Assembly (NCBI GenBank): GCA_024679065.1
Contig: JAGIQG010000009.1
Location: 62,434,001-62,498,000 of the forward strand
DNA from: Sphyrna mokarran
Taxonomy: Eukaryota
DNA: 64,000 nt
Direction of reading: 5' to 3'
Part shown: in pieces, positions 13,085-24,196 of the stretch
How positions within the stretch are numbered: the first letter of the stretch is position 1
How the letters are laid out: each line of letters starts with the position of its first letter
The notes under the pieces: model-generated
Told to the model about the DNA's origin: nothing
Seen by the model: the letters and a program-made list of their open reading frames with translations, nothing else
Database searches by the model: none
Program-made: the position numbers and the translations under genes

Positions 13085-13390
13085 ATGGGACATAGCTTAA
13101 AAATAAGGAGGTCTTGCTTTAAGACAGTGATGGGGAGAAATGATTTCCCTCAGGAGGGTCATTAGTCTGTGGAATTCTTTTCCCCAGAAAACAATGGAGG
13201 CTGCATCATTGAATTTATTCAAGCCTAGCACAGATAAATTTTTCATAGGCAAGGTTTATTGGTGGGGACTGGCAGGGGGCAAACAGGAAAGTGAAGCTGA
13301 GACCATAACCGAATTAGCCATGATCTTATTGAATGGCAGAGCAGATTTGGAAGGCCAAATGGCTGACTCCAGCTCCCAAGTCCTATGTTC
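13085..13390 (+). mobile_element. CR1-type LINE 3' end
   Basis: ORF 13140 'RVISLWNSFPQKTMEAASLNLFK..DKF' is the CR1 ORF2 C-terminus. Confidence 0.8.
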
Positions 13391-13425
13391 CAAGGTTCAT
13401 CTTCAAATTTAAATCAGGTACTTAC

Positions 13426-13487
13426 CAGGCTCACCACTTCAGCGTAATAAATCACACAGTAAGAATGATACGAATGATAAAAATAGC
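13426..13487 (-). other. Candidate 62-nt internal exon of an unidentified minus-strand transcript
   Basis: Acceptor 'ttgactgcattttctctgcatcag|G' and donor 'CTG|gtaagta'; one open frame (G)YFYHSYHSYCVIYYAEVVSL, not recognised. Confidence 0.35.
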
Positions 13488-14562
13488 CTGATGCAGAGAA
13501 AATGCAGTCAATTTCTGAGAACATTGTCTTGTGAAAATATATTTGGTGTGATGGTAGATACTATACTAATACTTCATTAACTGTAAGATCGTAAGAGATG
13601 TTAGAAAAGTAAATTTAAAATATGTATATATCTCCACAAATTTGGCACATTTTTTTGGTGGCGTTGGATCAAATAAACACTTAGAGATGAGGGGTTATTG
13701 ACACGGTGTGTTCCCTCAGGAGTGGAAGTTCGGTCAATTCATATCTGGTCGCAGAAGAACTCACACAGCATGTTTTCTTAATCTACAGTTTTTTTTCAGT
13801 TTCAAAGATCTGCTCAGAGGTGAGTCGGTTTTACTTGGATTGTCCATTCTACACAAAAAGGGAACATTTGCAGCAGCATGGTTGGGTCTGCACTTTGAAA
13901 GGGTCTACACATGAGAAGTCAGCATACCGAAGGGCAAAAACAAATGGGCACTACAACGGGCCACACTGAATCGACACCCCTCTCCTTAGGCTGACTGACC
14001 TGAGGCAGGTTCTTCATGTTCTACCTTCCCCAAGACTGAAACAGAAGCTGGGGTGTTGCTGCAAAAGGGGTGAGGACCCAAACATGATCCCGAAGGCTGA
14101 AAGTATTTCAAATCTGGAAAATTCTACTTTGTGCCTTCGTTTGTGATTGCAGGATCCTGGGATCTTTCTTAAAGCAGCATTGTCATCTTCAAAGATTTAT
14201 ATACGAATGGAGAAACAACCAGGACTCACTGAGTTTTGAAGCTGGAAGCTTTCACATTTTCACTAATCTTTACTCCAAGTGAGTATTATACCCCAAGACC
14301 AACGTTGCCAGTGACTACACTGGGTGTTATTATTCCCGCTGATAGACTTTCCACACGTTTCCCAATGAGTCACAAACATGGTGCAGTAAAATGGTGGACA
14401 GATTGCTCAGTTTGAATTATAACTTCCAATAAATAATAAATTTCTCACAGCTCAGCAACATGGTGAACAGGTGCCTCAATAAACTGCATTGAAGAGCAAG
14501 AGTTCACAGCTTCCATTTCAAACTGTCCCAAATGAAAGGCCAGCCAAGGGAGATGCTGAACA

Positions 14563-14700
14563 GATAAAAGCAAATTAGTGCGGATGCTGGAATTTGAAAC
14601 AAAAACAAAAAATGCTGGAAAATCTCAGCAAGTGTGATAGCACCTGTAGAGAGAGAATTGAACCAACATTTCAAGTTTGGATGGCCCTTCATCAGAGCTG
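14563..14700 (-). mobile_element. Penelope-like terminal fragment with hammerhead-like core
   Basis: 'aaatgctggaaaatctcagca' family motif (also 55370); minus CTGATGA..GAAA at 14695-14669. Confidence 0.6.
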
Positions 14701-15065
14701 ACCAGTGGCTGGGCCAACTGAGGGAGATGCTGAGCAGGGCTGGACTAGCAGGAGATGCTGAACAGGGTTGGACCAGCAGAGGGAGATGCTGAGAAGGGCT
14801 GGACCAGCAGAAACGCTGAGAAGGGCTGGACCAGCAGAGGGAGACACAGAGCTGGGCTGGACCAGCAGAGGGAGACACAGAGCTGGGCTGGACCAGCAGA
14901 AGGAGATGCTGAGAAGGGCTAGACCAACAGAGGAAGACACTGAGCAGGGCTGGACGAGCACAGTGCAGGGCTGGACCAGCAGAGGGAGATGCTGAGCACA
15001 GCTGGACCAGCAAAGGGAGACACTGAGCAGGGCTGGACCAGCAGAGGAAAACGCTGAGCAGGGCC
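14701..15065 (+). repeat. GC-rich minisatellite, ~30-31 bp unit, ~12 copies
   Basis: Unit approx. gctgagcagggctggaccagcagagggagat; explains the repetitive ORFs at 14504, 14692 and 14768. Confidence 0.95.
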
Positions 15066-15679
15066 AAGGTGTTCTGTCTCAGGGAAAATTCAAAAGCTCT
15101 CTTACCTGCAGAAGCCTGGAAAAAAATGCCTTTGTTAAGCGGCCCTCCTATTACATAGTTAAGTTCTACGATGATGTTGACTTAGCATTTCAAAAACCAG
15201 TGTACAGGTAGAAGTTCTCAATTTGCTGCATAACCCTCACTAATAGCCACTTCCAATCTGACAGTCCTGTAGCACCATCCTAACTCTAGCTGCATTTGAC
15301 AGGAAATTCCATTGAGCTTGGTGACATTATTCTTATTCCGATGGACACGTAACCGCACTCATTCCCCTCCGCCATAGGTATCAACCAGCACAATCCTGAG
15401 CCCTCAGAGTGCTAGATTAAGACTGGTAAGCAGATACAAAGATTTGGAGGAAAGTTGAGCATTCAGGATGTGTACCCAACAGCATCTGCCAAAAAAATTC
15501 AAATAATAAATACACCTCAGTGGTTAAAGATGAACAACTTGACACTAAATTTAGAGGAAATCAAATTATTTTGAATTGCATCAAATCATCAACTTCTTGA
15601 GTGTAAAAGTTGAATGCAACGATTTGATTCCAACATTGTATTTGTTAAGCATTTGCCCTTTATTAGATATTTGTTTTAT

Positions 15680-15925
15680 TTATGCGATGTGGACCCATCT
15701 AGAGTCATATATCAGCTAGGTCAGGTAAGAATGACAGATTTCCTTTCCTAAAAGACATGAGTGAACCAGATGGGTTTTTACAACAATCCATCCATGGTCA
15801 TCATAATTTTTTTTTATTGAATTCAGATTTCATCATCTGCCATCTCGGGGATTCAAACTCAGGTCCCCACAGCATTATTCTGGGTTACTAGCCCAGCGAC
15901 AATACCACAATGCCACCACCTCCCC
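15680..15925 (-). mobile_element. tRNA-derived SINE (same family as 11845)
   Basis: Reverse complement of the family core and head. Confidence 0.7.
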
Positions 15926-16232
15926 ACAATGTAAAGACTGCTTGACAATGGCAATCAGCTTCATCTGTTAATTTCTATAATCTCACCTAGATCCAGGATG
16001 TGCCTTCTGAGGAAAGTGATGGAATGACACTAACTATAGAGAAACAAGAAACAAGATTCACTCAAATTTAATTTCTCTATTTTAAGCATATGCTTCTCAC
16101 AACAAAACAGGGTCAGATAAACAGAGTGAGATGAAATTTGCAGGACACATTCAACAGTGCTTTTACCCATTGCTTGTAAGTTCTAAAATGCTCCCTTTTG
16201 CTGTTGTAGCTCAAACTCATCAATTAAGCAAA

Positions 16233-16743
16233 TGTCATAAAGCCCCGTCTGAGGGTGACAACTGAGGTTGTATTAGGAATAAATCAGATGTGATAGTAAA
16301 CAAGATTTGCAAACATTTTATTAACAAAGCTCTGGTACCCTCACTTAAGCAGCTGAACTCTCTACATTTTTTTTCATTTTCCGATATAACCTTTTTTATC
16401 AGTGAGGCAGCTTGACATTGGGATGCTTGTTCTTCTAGAACATGTAATGAAACCAGCAGAAGTCTGCAACTAGGATACCAGAATAGGATGGTGAGATCCT
16501 GTTTAACCTGGGGAAAATGATCAGGGACAGAGTTGTACTCCATGGCTGGGGAATGGAATTGATAGCGGGGTGGCAGGCAATGGCTTCTGTCTTGTGGAAG
16601 CTGACACCTTGTTGGGTTCGATAGTATAAGGTGATGCTGTAAGTATTCTGGATGCTGGACTGTCGTGGAAGTTGACTCAAACTGATCCCAGGGTGGAACA
16701 ATGGAAATTCCTGGTAATTGGAACCATAGCTCCAATCCTTACA
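16233..16743. mobile_element. Possible solo LTR
   Basis: TGTCATA...TTACA termini with a minus-strand AATAAA; no target-site duplication seen. Confidence 0.25.
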
Positions 16744-17140
16744 ATACACATGTTGGTGACTCCCAGTTTTGTTCCATTACTACTGGTCACGGTTCCTCTA
16801 AAAGATCACACTACTTGCCTGATGTCTAGTTCTGGATAGCCAAAATCGCTCCCAGTTAAACTTTTGGATGACAGGAACAATTCTCTTCCACCCTGCTACC
16901 AACTCCATTCCCCAGGCACTGAGTAGAACATCCTTCTTGACTGTTTCCCCAGGCTAAACTGAAGCTTGCTAACCTGTTTGACCCTGAGCTGAGCTTCTGA
17001 TCTCCATATTCACTTCTTCATAGTTACTGCCCAGTTTCGTTTCTGTAAGATTTCACATCTTTATCCTGCTTCATCCAGTCGGCTGCTCAAACTCTTGTCC
17101 TTGACTTTATTACCTCCAAACACAACTATTCCATTGTTCT

Positions 17141-17457
17141 TAGAATCATAGATAGAACAATACAATCCCACAGTGCAGAAGGAAGCCACACAGCCCATCA
17201 ACCCTGCACCGACAACCGTTTCACCCAGGCCCTATCCCCATAACTCCACTCATTTACCCTATTAATCCACTTGACATTAAGGGACAATTTAGCCTGGCCA
17301 ATCCACACAACTCACACATCTTTGAATTGTGGGAGGAAACCAGAGCGCTCAGAGAAAACACACGCAGACGCAGGAAGAATGTGCAAACTCCACATAGACA
17401 GTGAGCCAAGTCCCTGATGCTGTGGAGGCAGCAGTGCTAACCACTGTGTCACCATAC
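17141..17457 (-). mobile_element. HE1/V-SINE-like SINE, near full length, inserted in an L2 remnant (~16900-17140, 17790-18030)
   Basis: CR1-type tail, central 'gtgggaggaaaccagagc' domain and tRNA head. Confidence 0.8.
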
Positions 17458-18039
17458 CAACCCCATAATAATTTTGATGTTTCATTAACCCTACAATGAT
17501 CTTCCTCCTGTCTGTACTTCATGTTATTACCGATAAACAGACAAAATCAGTGCCCATCTCTGCATTTGAGCTGCAGTTAAAGAAATTGAAGCTGAGTCTC
17601 TGGTGCTGTGAGGCAGCAGTGCTGACCACTGTGTCACCTTCATGTTCTGCATGCTATTCTCCCAATGAGGTAATCCTAGCTCTGTGCAGATGCAATAAAA
17701 AATTCTGCAGCCAGGACCTCCCATGCACCCATCAGCACTGTACTCATTGCATTGGCTCCTCGCCCCTGGGGTAACTGCATTTTAATACTGTGCCATTCAA
17801 ATGCCTTTAGACCATGCCACTACCCATCCCTGTCACCAGCTTCAACCTTACAACCCGATAGAAACTCTGCACTCCTCCAATTCTAGTCCTTTTCACATCC
17901 CCAATTTCCTTCAGACTAGCATTGACAGTTGTGCCTTCTATCGGTCTTAATTCTGGATTATCCTCCCTGAACCCTTCTCTCTCTCTGTCTCCAACATTCA
18001 GCACCTCCTTACGCCTATCTTAGATCAAATCTGTGTCAG

Positions 18040-18295
18040 CAACTGGGTTTCCAACCTTGCCATGACGGGACATGCAACAGGAGATTCAATGGGCCCAGCC
18101 GAAGCTCCATCGACTTACAGCAGAACAGGAAAATCCCGGCAGCGGGAGGGGCTGGATCACCCCAGCTGAAGGCGGGGCTGGATAACCCCAGGAGCGGGCA
18201 GAGCCAGATAACCTGGAAGCGGGTGGGGCTGGATAACCCTGGCAGTGGGCAGGGCTGGACCATCCCAGCAGTGGGCGGGGCTGGACCATCCCACC
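18040..18295. repeat. Short GC-rich MITE running into a ~26-27 bp minisatellite (~6 units, 18130-18295)
   Basis: Units 'ggctgga(t/c)(a/c)a(c/t)ccca(g)cagtgggcggg' directly follow 'ggaaaatcccggcagcgggagg'. Confidence 0.7.
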
Positions 18296-19465
18296 ATCGT
18301 CTCTTTCTCATTTTCTGTCTGATTACGTGTTGGCCCTCTGGGTGTACTTGCTCTGTCTAAATTAAGAAATGATTTTGATTTTCACTGAGCACTCACACAT
18401 TCCTAATTCATTTACTCAAATCAGCAACAACACACAACTGCACAATTCTTATGAATGAAATGCAGTGAAGGCTTCACACAAATTCAATGAGCAGTGAGGC
18501 AACGGTTCAGGTGCTCATACCCTTAATATCACATCACATTAATTATTAAGGTGCATAATCTGACATGAGCCAATGCCTTAGGGTGCATTATGGAAACAGA
18601 AATGGAAATTTATTTATGCATTCAGCTTGGCACAAGTTTGTCAAATGTGTGATTTAATGTCGAGGGTAGCTGTTTGGGCTGCAGGAGGACACACAGAGCC
18701 TTCAGTGCATCACCTTCACCGGTGGTCGGTTCAGGACAGGTCAGAGCTGATAGCCAGGGTCATAATAGCAAGAGCGTGTCTGACAGCTCAGGCTTGGAGC
18801 AGAGACTCGAGGGCAGGGGTAAGGCTCCAAGAGTCAGGGTCAGGTCTGACATGACAGTGAGATCATCACCTGTATCAGGTCTAAATCAGCCACACTGCTG
18901 CTTTCCGTGTTCTGCTGACACCAGGACACTTTCAGCTTCTACTCAATAAACCAGATCGAGCAGGAGCCAAGCCTCCATTCTTTTTTATTTAACTCTCACC
19001 AGAGGAGCTTTGCGAAGGTGAACAGCTCCTTCTGAAAAATATTTTATCTTCACACCTTGCTTCCTGTGTCACAGTACTTGTGCAAAATCTTTAATTCAAT
19101 ATTCAAGTCAATAGTACACAGTCAAATAGTCAGGCAAATGATTCGATATTGTAGAAACTCAGTACACTGGATGGAATTTTACCCATTGCAGGGTGGGCGA
19201 GGCTCACAGAACACAATTCTCTGCTGTCTCAGGCAGGATTTTACAAGCCTCTCTCACGCAATGTCGTAAGCTCTATTGTTGTTGGCTGCTGTTCAAAATG
19301 AGGTGCTTCATTGCCCAGGATGGAGCATTCACAATTATAGACAACTCTCGAGGGGGGTTTCTCGACCCACTGCCATGAGAAACTAGATTTAGACAAGCTA
19401 ACTTGATCTGGGCATGTTTAAGTCAGTTTATAAAGTTGAACAAAACTGATTTTACCAACTGTGAG

Positions 19466-19725
19466 TGCTGTAATAAGGAGTTAACAGATGGGACGTGCTA
19501 ATATATGACATTGATGGTGCCGTCATTCTGACACTAGTGCCACGCTTTAAATTCTCAAGCAGGAGGTTGGAATGACACCCAAGGAGAGTGCTGTACCCAT
19601 TCTGTAACCTGTTAGATATAGTATTAATAACAAGTGTTAAGCAAATAGCAGAATTCATTTGCAGTCCATCTAAATATCAAATCCCACGCCTAGAGTCCAA
19701 GACAAAAGGACTCAAACCCAGAGCA
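19466..19725 (+). mobile_element. Gypsy-like 5' LTR followed by PBS-like TGGTGACAG / TGGTGGCAG
   Basis: TG...CA ends; colinear similarity to 24197-24735 (gacactagt, ggaggttgg, tgtaacctgtt, tgttaagca). Confidence 0.6.
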
Positions 19726-21399
19726 TGGTGACAGTTGAGAACATGGTGGCAGTGATGGAGCCACCAATGTGAGAAAAAGGGCATCAGAAGAGGAACCACA
19801 GTGTGAAGAATCTTTTAAAGCAGCTTGAGAAATATCAGCAGAAGAGGAGGACACACGAGCTGATGACCGTACCTAGAGAACAGCCCCTGGCTTTGCCCCA
19901 CCCGTTTGAACAACCAGGGGGTCTACAGTGAGGCCAGCGGTGGGAGTTCTGGAAATGCATTCTTTCTTGTAATAAGCAGCTTCAGTACTCTGCACACAAA
20001 ACATTCCAAAACTTCACGTTAGTTCCAGTCTTTATGCAATAGGCCCAGTAGCAGGTGACATTCTCTTAAACAGACAGTCCACCGTGGATTTTGGTTCCAT
20101 TGTTAAAATCTTTAACACCCATTACAGCCCAAGGCAAAATCCATCATTTGAAACAATATGTTTTAACCAGTGTCATCAATGACCTGGGGAATCATTCCTA
20201 AATGATCAATATCACTTCGCTAGTTCTTGGAATATGACAAGCTAATCCACAATTGTATAGTTGTGGGTATTAGAGATGAAAAACTCTCCAATTTTCTGCA
20301 GATCAAAGAAGATCTTAGATTGAATCAAGTGGCACGAGAGGTCGGCCAAGCTTTGAACAGCTAACCAGGCCATAATGTGTGGCGAAACTGAGGCTTGACT
20401 CCATAGGTGGTAGGCTCATGGGCAGGAGCCCATTTGAAAGCCCACCAAGCAAACTAAACAAACTAAAATAGGGGGGAATGCCACTCCAAAAGCCGTTTTG
20501 AAATGCTTGCAATAGCATAGGTGCCAGGACAGTCAAGGAAGGAATGTTTCCATTATGGCAAAACTGGATATTACAAGCACATTTGCAAACCCAGCTATTT
20601 TAATTGAAGTCACAGACGAGTAAATGTTAACAAAACACATTCCTTCCAAGAAGTGGGAAATCCAGAAAACAATGACTTTAAGAATACCTCAGAAGTAGAC
20701 AATCCAGATTGCTGTCTATATTATGAGATTCAATATTGTTTTCAAATTTGGTACAAGAGGTTCTGCCAATGCAACACAAAAAAAATTAAAACTACTTCTC
20801 ACTTCTGAGTAACTGTGGTAAAGACCCAGACTAACAATTGTCCAGAGAGGCCCCGTCCACATCAAACATCCCCTCACAGGAATCCCTATCCCTTCACATA
20901 CCTGATTTCCCTAGAAAGGTAAACTCTGCCCCCCCGCCAACTGTATTTCCTCAACACACAACACCCCTATGGTATTGCCCACCCACGTGGCATTCCTCAA
21001 ATCTCACACAACCCCTATCCCCAACCTCAAGCGTGACTTGACCCCTCCCCCACTAACTGACCTGACAGGACCCCCATCCCACAGACCCAATCCCTCATTC
21101 AGCAGGCCCACCCCTGATTCCCAGCATCATATCCTCCACCCCCCACACCTCTCCATAGTCAAACACACAATCAGCTTCCCCCTGACCTGAACTATTCTGA
21201 ACTCTACCCCCATTCCCCCAAACTAGCCACGAGGTCTAATGTCCTATCCCCAAACCTCCACCTGATATCTGAAGCCCCCACCAAACATCCCTGCAATGTC
21301 CGTTACCTCTATCATCCCAGGTCTGTCCAATCAGCTCCTTGAGGTCCAATCCCCACATCACCCTGATATCACCTCATGCCCTAAAAAAAAGAGACACGT

Positions 21400-22850
21400 C
21401 CTTCTTCAATTCACTTCTCCTGCACTTTGATGAGGAGACATCCTAAATCTCACACAGCCTGAATCAAAAACTCGAGTAAAACATGCAGGGATGAAATTCG
21501 GAGCAGGTAGGTGGGCATAGAACAGCAATCTTTAGCTGCTTGCCACTCCAAGGAAGTTATATCCCATTAGCAGATGGCCTTATCTGGTTTCAGTTTATCC
21601 ATGATGTAGATCCGTCAGACATCAAGTTACAAGGTCTAGAAGGCATAGACCTTCCAGTTAAAGGCGGGACTGTTGCTATCATTGTTGGGAAGAAGCAACA
21701 GATCATTGAGAGAATCAATATCCTCCACAATCGATGTACCTTCTTGTTTATTTTAGCATACTTCTAGAAATCCCAGGAAAAGATGACGACCACTACCATT
21801 CAGACAACTCACTGTTTCATGTAAAAATCTTCAATCTTTTATTTCAAGCAGTGAAAATTCAGCCTTCAGAGTGCTTTATATGCTCAGCAGTCCATTGCTT
21901 TCTTCCCCACAGAGAAAGCATCCACTAGATCCAGGACTGACATTGGGGTTATAAATCTCTCAGTTCATCACAAAGTATAGCCAGAGGTGGACAATACAAA
22001 AAAGCACAACAGCCGGCAATGACAATCCCAATGAAGCCCTGTTAAAGTGAATTGGCTTTTCCTACAAACTGATGGGAAGAAAGCCTTGCTTCACGTGGAG
22101 TGATCTTCTGCAGGGGGAGGCCCTGGAGAATCCATTGATGCTTGCACCTTGTGCTATCTCTTTTGAAGAATCAGCTGTGGTTCACCGAATTTACCGATCT
22201 GCTATATCTCCTGTTGTTCATAAAGAGTCTTCCAAAGGAGTCGCTTTGTCTGAGACTTCAATCTGCACATAATGAAGCAACATTGTACAGAGAGGTGTGT
22301 GGCTGTCTTACCACAGCCTACAGAAAGTAGATGTTCTTTTAAGATTATCATTGGGAAATCATCTCTACTCTTTTTCTAACAACCTCACAGGAAGTAAGGT
22401 TTTTTTTCCCTTCATTGACTCAGTTCATTGAAATTTTAGATCTTCAACACCTTTTTAGTTTTTCCTGAAGCAGTTAATGATATGGCTGTGATAGTTTCCC
22501 GAATGTTAAAGATGATTCCTCTTCTCAGCTTTCTTTCCAATGTCTTCAAGGGAGCAATGCATCCCTCAGATGTCTTGAGTCCTTCACATTTGGTCCCAGA
22601 AGGCCTAAAGGTTGATTCTCTTCAGTCTTCCCTTTTGAATCAGTCTTCTGTTGAGAAGTCTCCATTGCCTTGGTAGCTCAGTCATTCTGAAACCTATCTT
22701 CAACTTCCAAGCAATGATTAAAATGGTGATAAAGTGTTGTCCTATTCTGCAAATGATAATGTCCTACCGGATACAGAAGAAAGTCTCAGATCTCCAAGCC
22801 ATTTTCCCTAATGGCCGTGAATACGGGTGATGATCGAGCCCCCCAGAACT
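21400..22850 (-). pseudogene. Heavily decayed non-LTR reverse transcriptase, possibly R2/NeSL/HERO clade
   Basis: Ordered motifs across frameshifts: ARLSSH..QGFIG..AGC (~22090-22006), VLDLVDAF (21937-21914), RFLHE, KQEG, LNDLLLL (~21710-21690, degenerate ADDL); many stops. Confidence 0.35.
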
Positions 22851-22959
22851 GTGACTTTGGAAGGAAAAGAGTGGAACTGGATTAGAGTAGAATCAGTGGT
22901 TGCAAATTGGGAGTTTTAGAATGTCAGTTAGAGACATCAGGTTGTAACTTCCAGTGTTG

Positions 22960-24150
22960 TGTCAATTGAATCAGATTGTCACTCCGCTTGGGTTCATACA
23001 TTGAAATCCTGCCAATCTGAGCTCATCTGACTTTTCAACTCTAGCTGGGTGAGATTTATAAAGTGCAGCGTGTCCCTGGGGCCTACTGAGGAGGGCTGTA
23101 GAGTCAATGTTCAGGGAGCGTCTTCCTCTTTTTTTGTGTCACTAGCTGCTACAAACCAAGTACGTTTGAAGTTCCAGCCAGTTTAAAGGCCCTTGCCAAG
23201 CCAGGAAGAAGCTAAGTATATAAGGTACGTGGATAGGATTTGGGGAACAGTTGTCTGGTGGGATCAGGTCTTGAGGGAGAGTGTCTTGTCAGGTCAACTC
23301 CTGAGGAATGTCGACTCAGGTCAGGCCTTGGGTGGGGTGTCAGGCCAAGTCAAGCCTTGATTGAGGTGATTTTGGGTTGGATGGATGGGTCAGTTTTGAT
23401 CAGGTCGGGCTGGGGAGGCAATGTTGAAAAGTGGAGGTGAGAGTTGGGCCTGGCTATGGCAGCAGTGGACGCTGGTTGATTATCAGACCTGGCAGTGGTA
23501 GGAGGTTGGGGAGGGATTAGAGACTGATGTGGGATGACCCCATGAGTGGAGGCAGGAAAGAATCCTCGTGCAGATGGTTGTCCTAGTGGGGGAGCAGGTT
23601 TGGGTGGGGGATAAGTGGCAGGAATCTCATAATTTGGGGAGATCCTGTCAAGGGGAGTAGTCCTTTTGGAGTTTTGGGGGGGGGGTGGTTCCTGTCACAG
23701 TTATATTCAGAGGGGGTTGTGCCATGGGCAGAGTAGCTGGTGCGTGGGCTATTTCCATGGAGAACAGCATGGAAGGGGAGTCCTGTGTGAGGGAAATCCC
23801 ATGCGCAGGATAATTAGTGGGCAGGGAATTCTCATGGAAGGTGTAAATGGGAGTTAAAATAGTTCCAGGGAGAGAGGGTTGGAAGTGAGGGAAGTCTCTT
23901 GGAAGGGGGGAGAGGAGGTGGGGCTGGTGCGGAATTGTATGAGAAGCTAGAAATGATTTTAATTCTTCTAGCTTTTTCTGGGTAACTATTGATGTTTACC
24001 GTTTAAATTGTATTTTTGGTTGCAGAGAGCAATTGTCCATGGAAAGTTTGCACTTCTTATTTAGGAATGTCTGGGTGTGGGTTTTCCCAGCACATCTTTG
24101 AAGTATACCCCTCAAATCTGACAGCCAGGAGTTCAAAGGTTCTGACCCAT
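22960..24150. mobile_element. Non-autonomous DNA-transposon-like repeat with G-rich interior
   Basis: Ends 'ttctgaccc' like the repeat ending at 63755; strongly G-skewed core 23230-23930. Confidence 0.35.
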
Positions 24151-24196
24151 AGTTTCATATTATTGTTAAGAAGTAGGATACCCTCCTTGGGGGAGG

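Noticed and set aside
14701-15065. CRISPR-like array
   Set aside because: Head-to-tail tandem units with no unique spacers, eukaryotic context, no cas genes.
14504-15067. 187-aa repetitive ORF
   Set aside because: Translation of the 30-bp minisatellite plus a TE fragment; no sign of a real gene.
16235-16735. 166-aa ORF
   Set aside because: No recognisable domain or splice context; lies in an LTR-like repeat.
22300-22480. Walker-A-like GCGKT and TASGKT on the minus strand
   Set aside because: No supporting NTPase motifs; expected by chance in decayed sequence.
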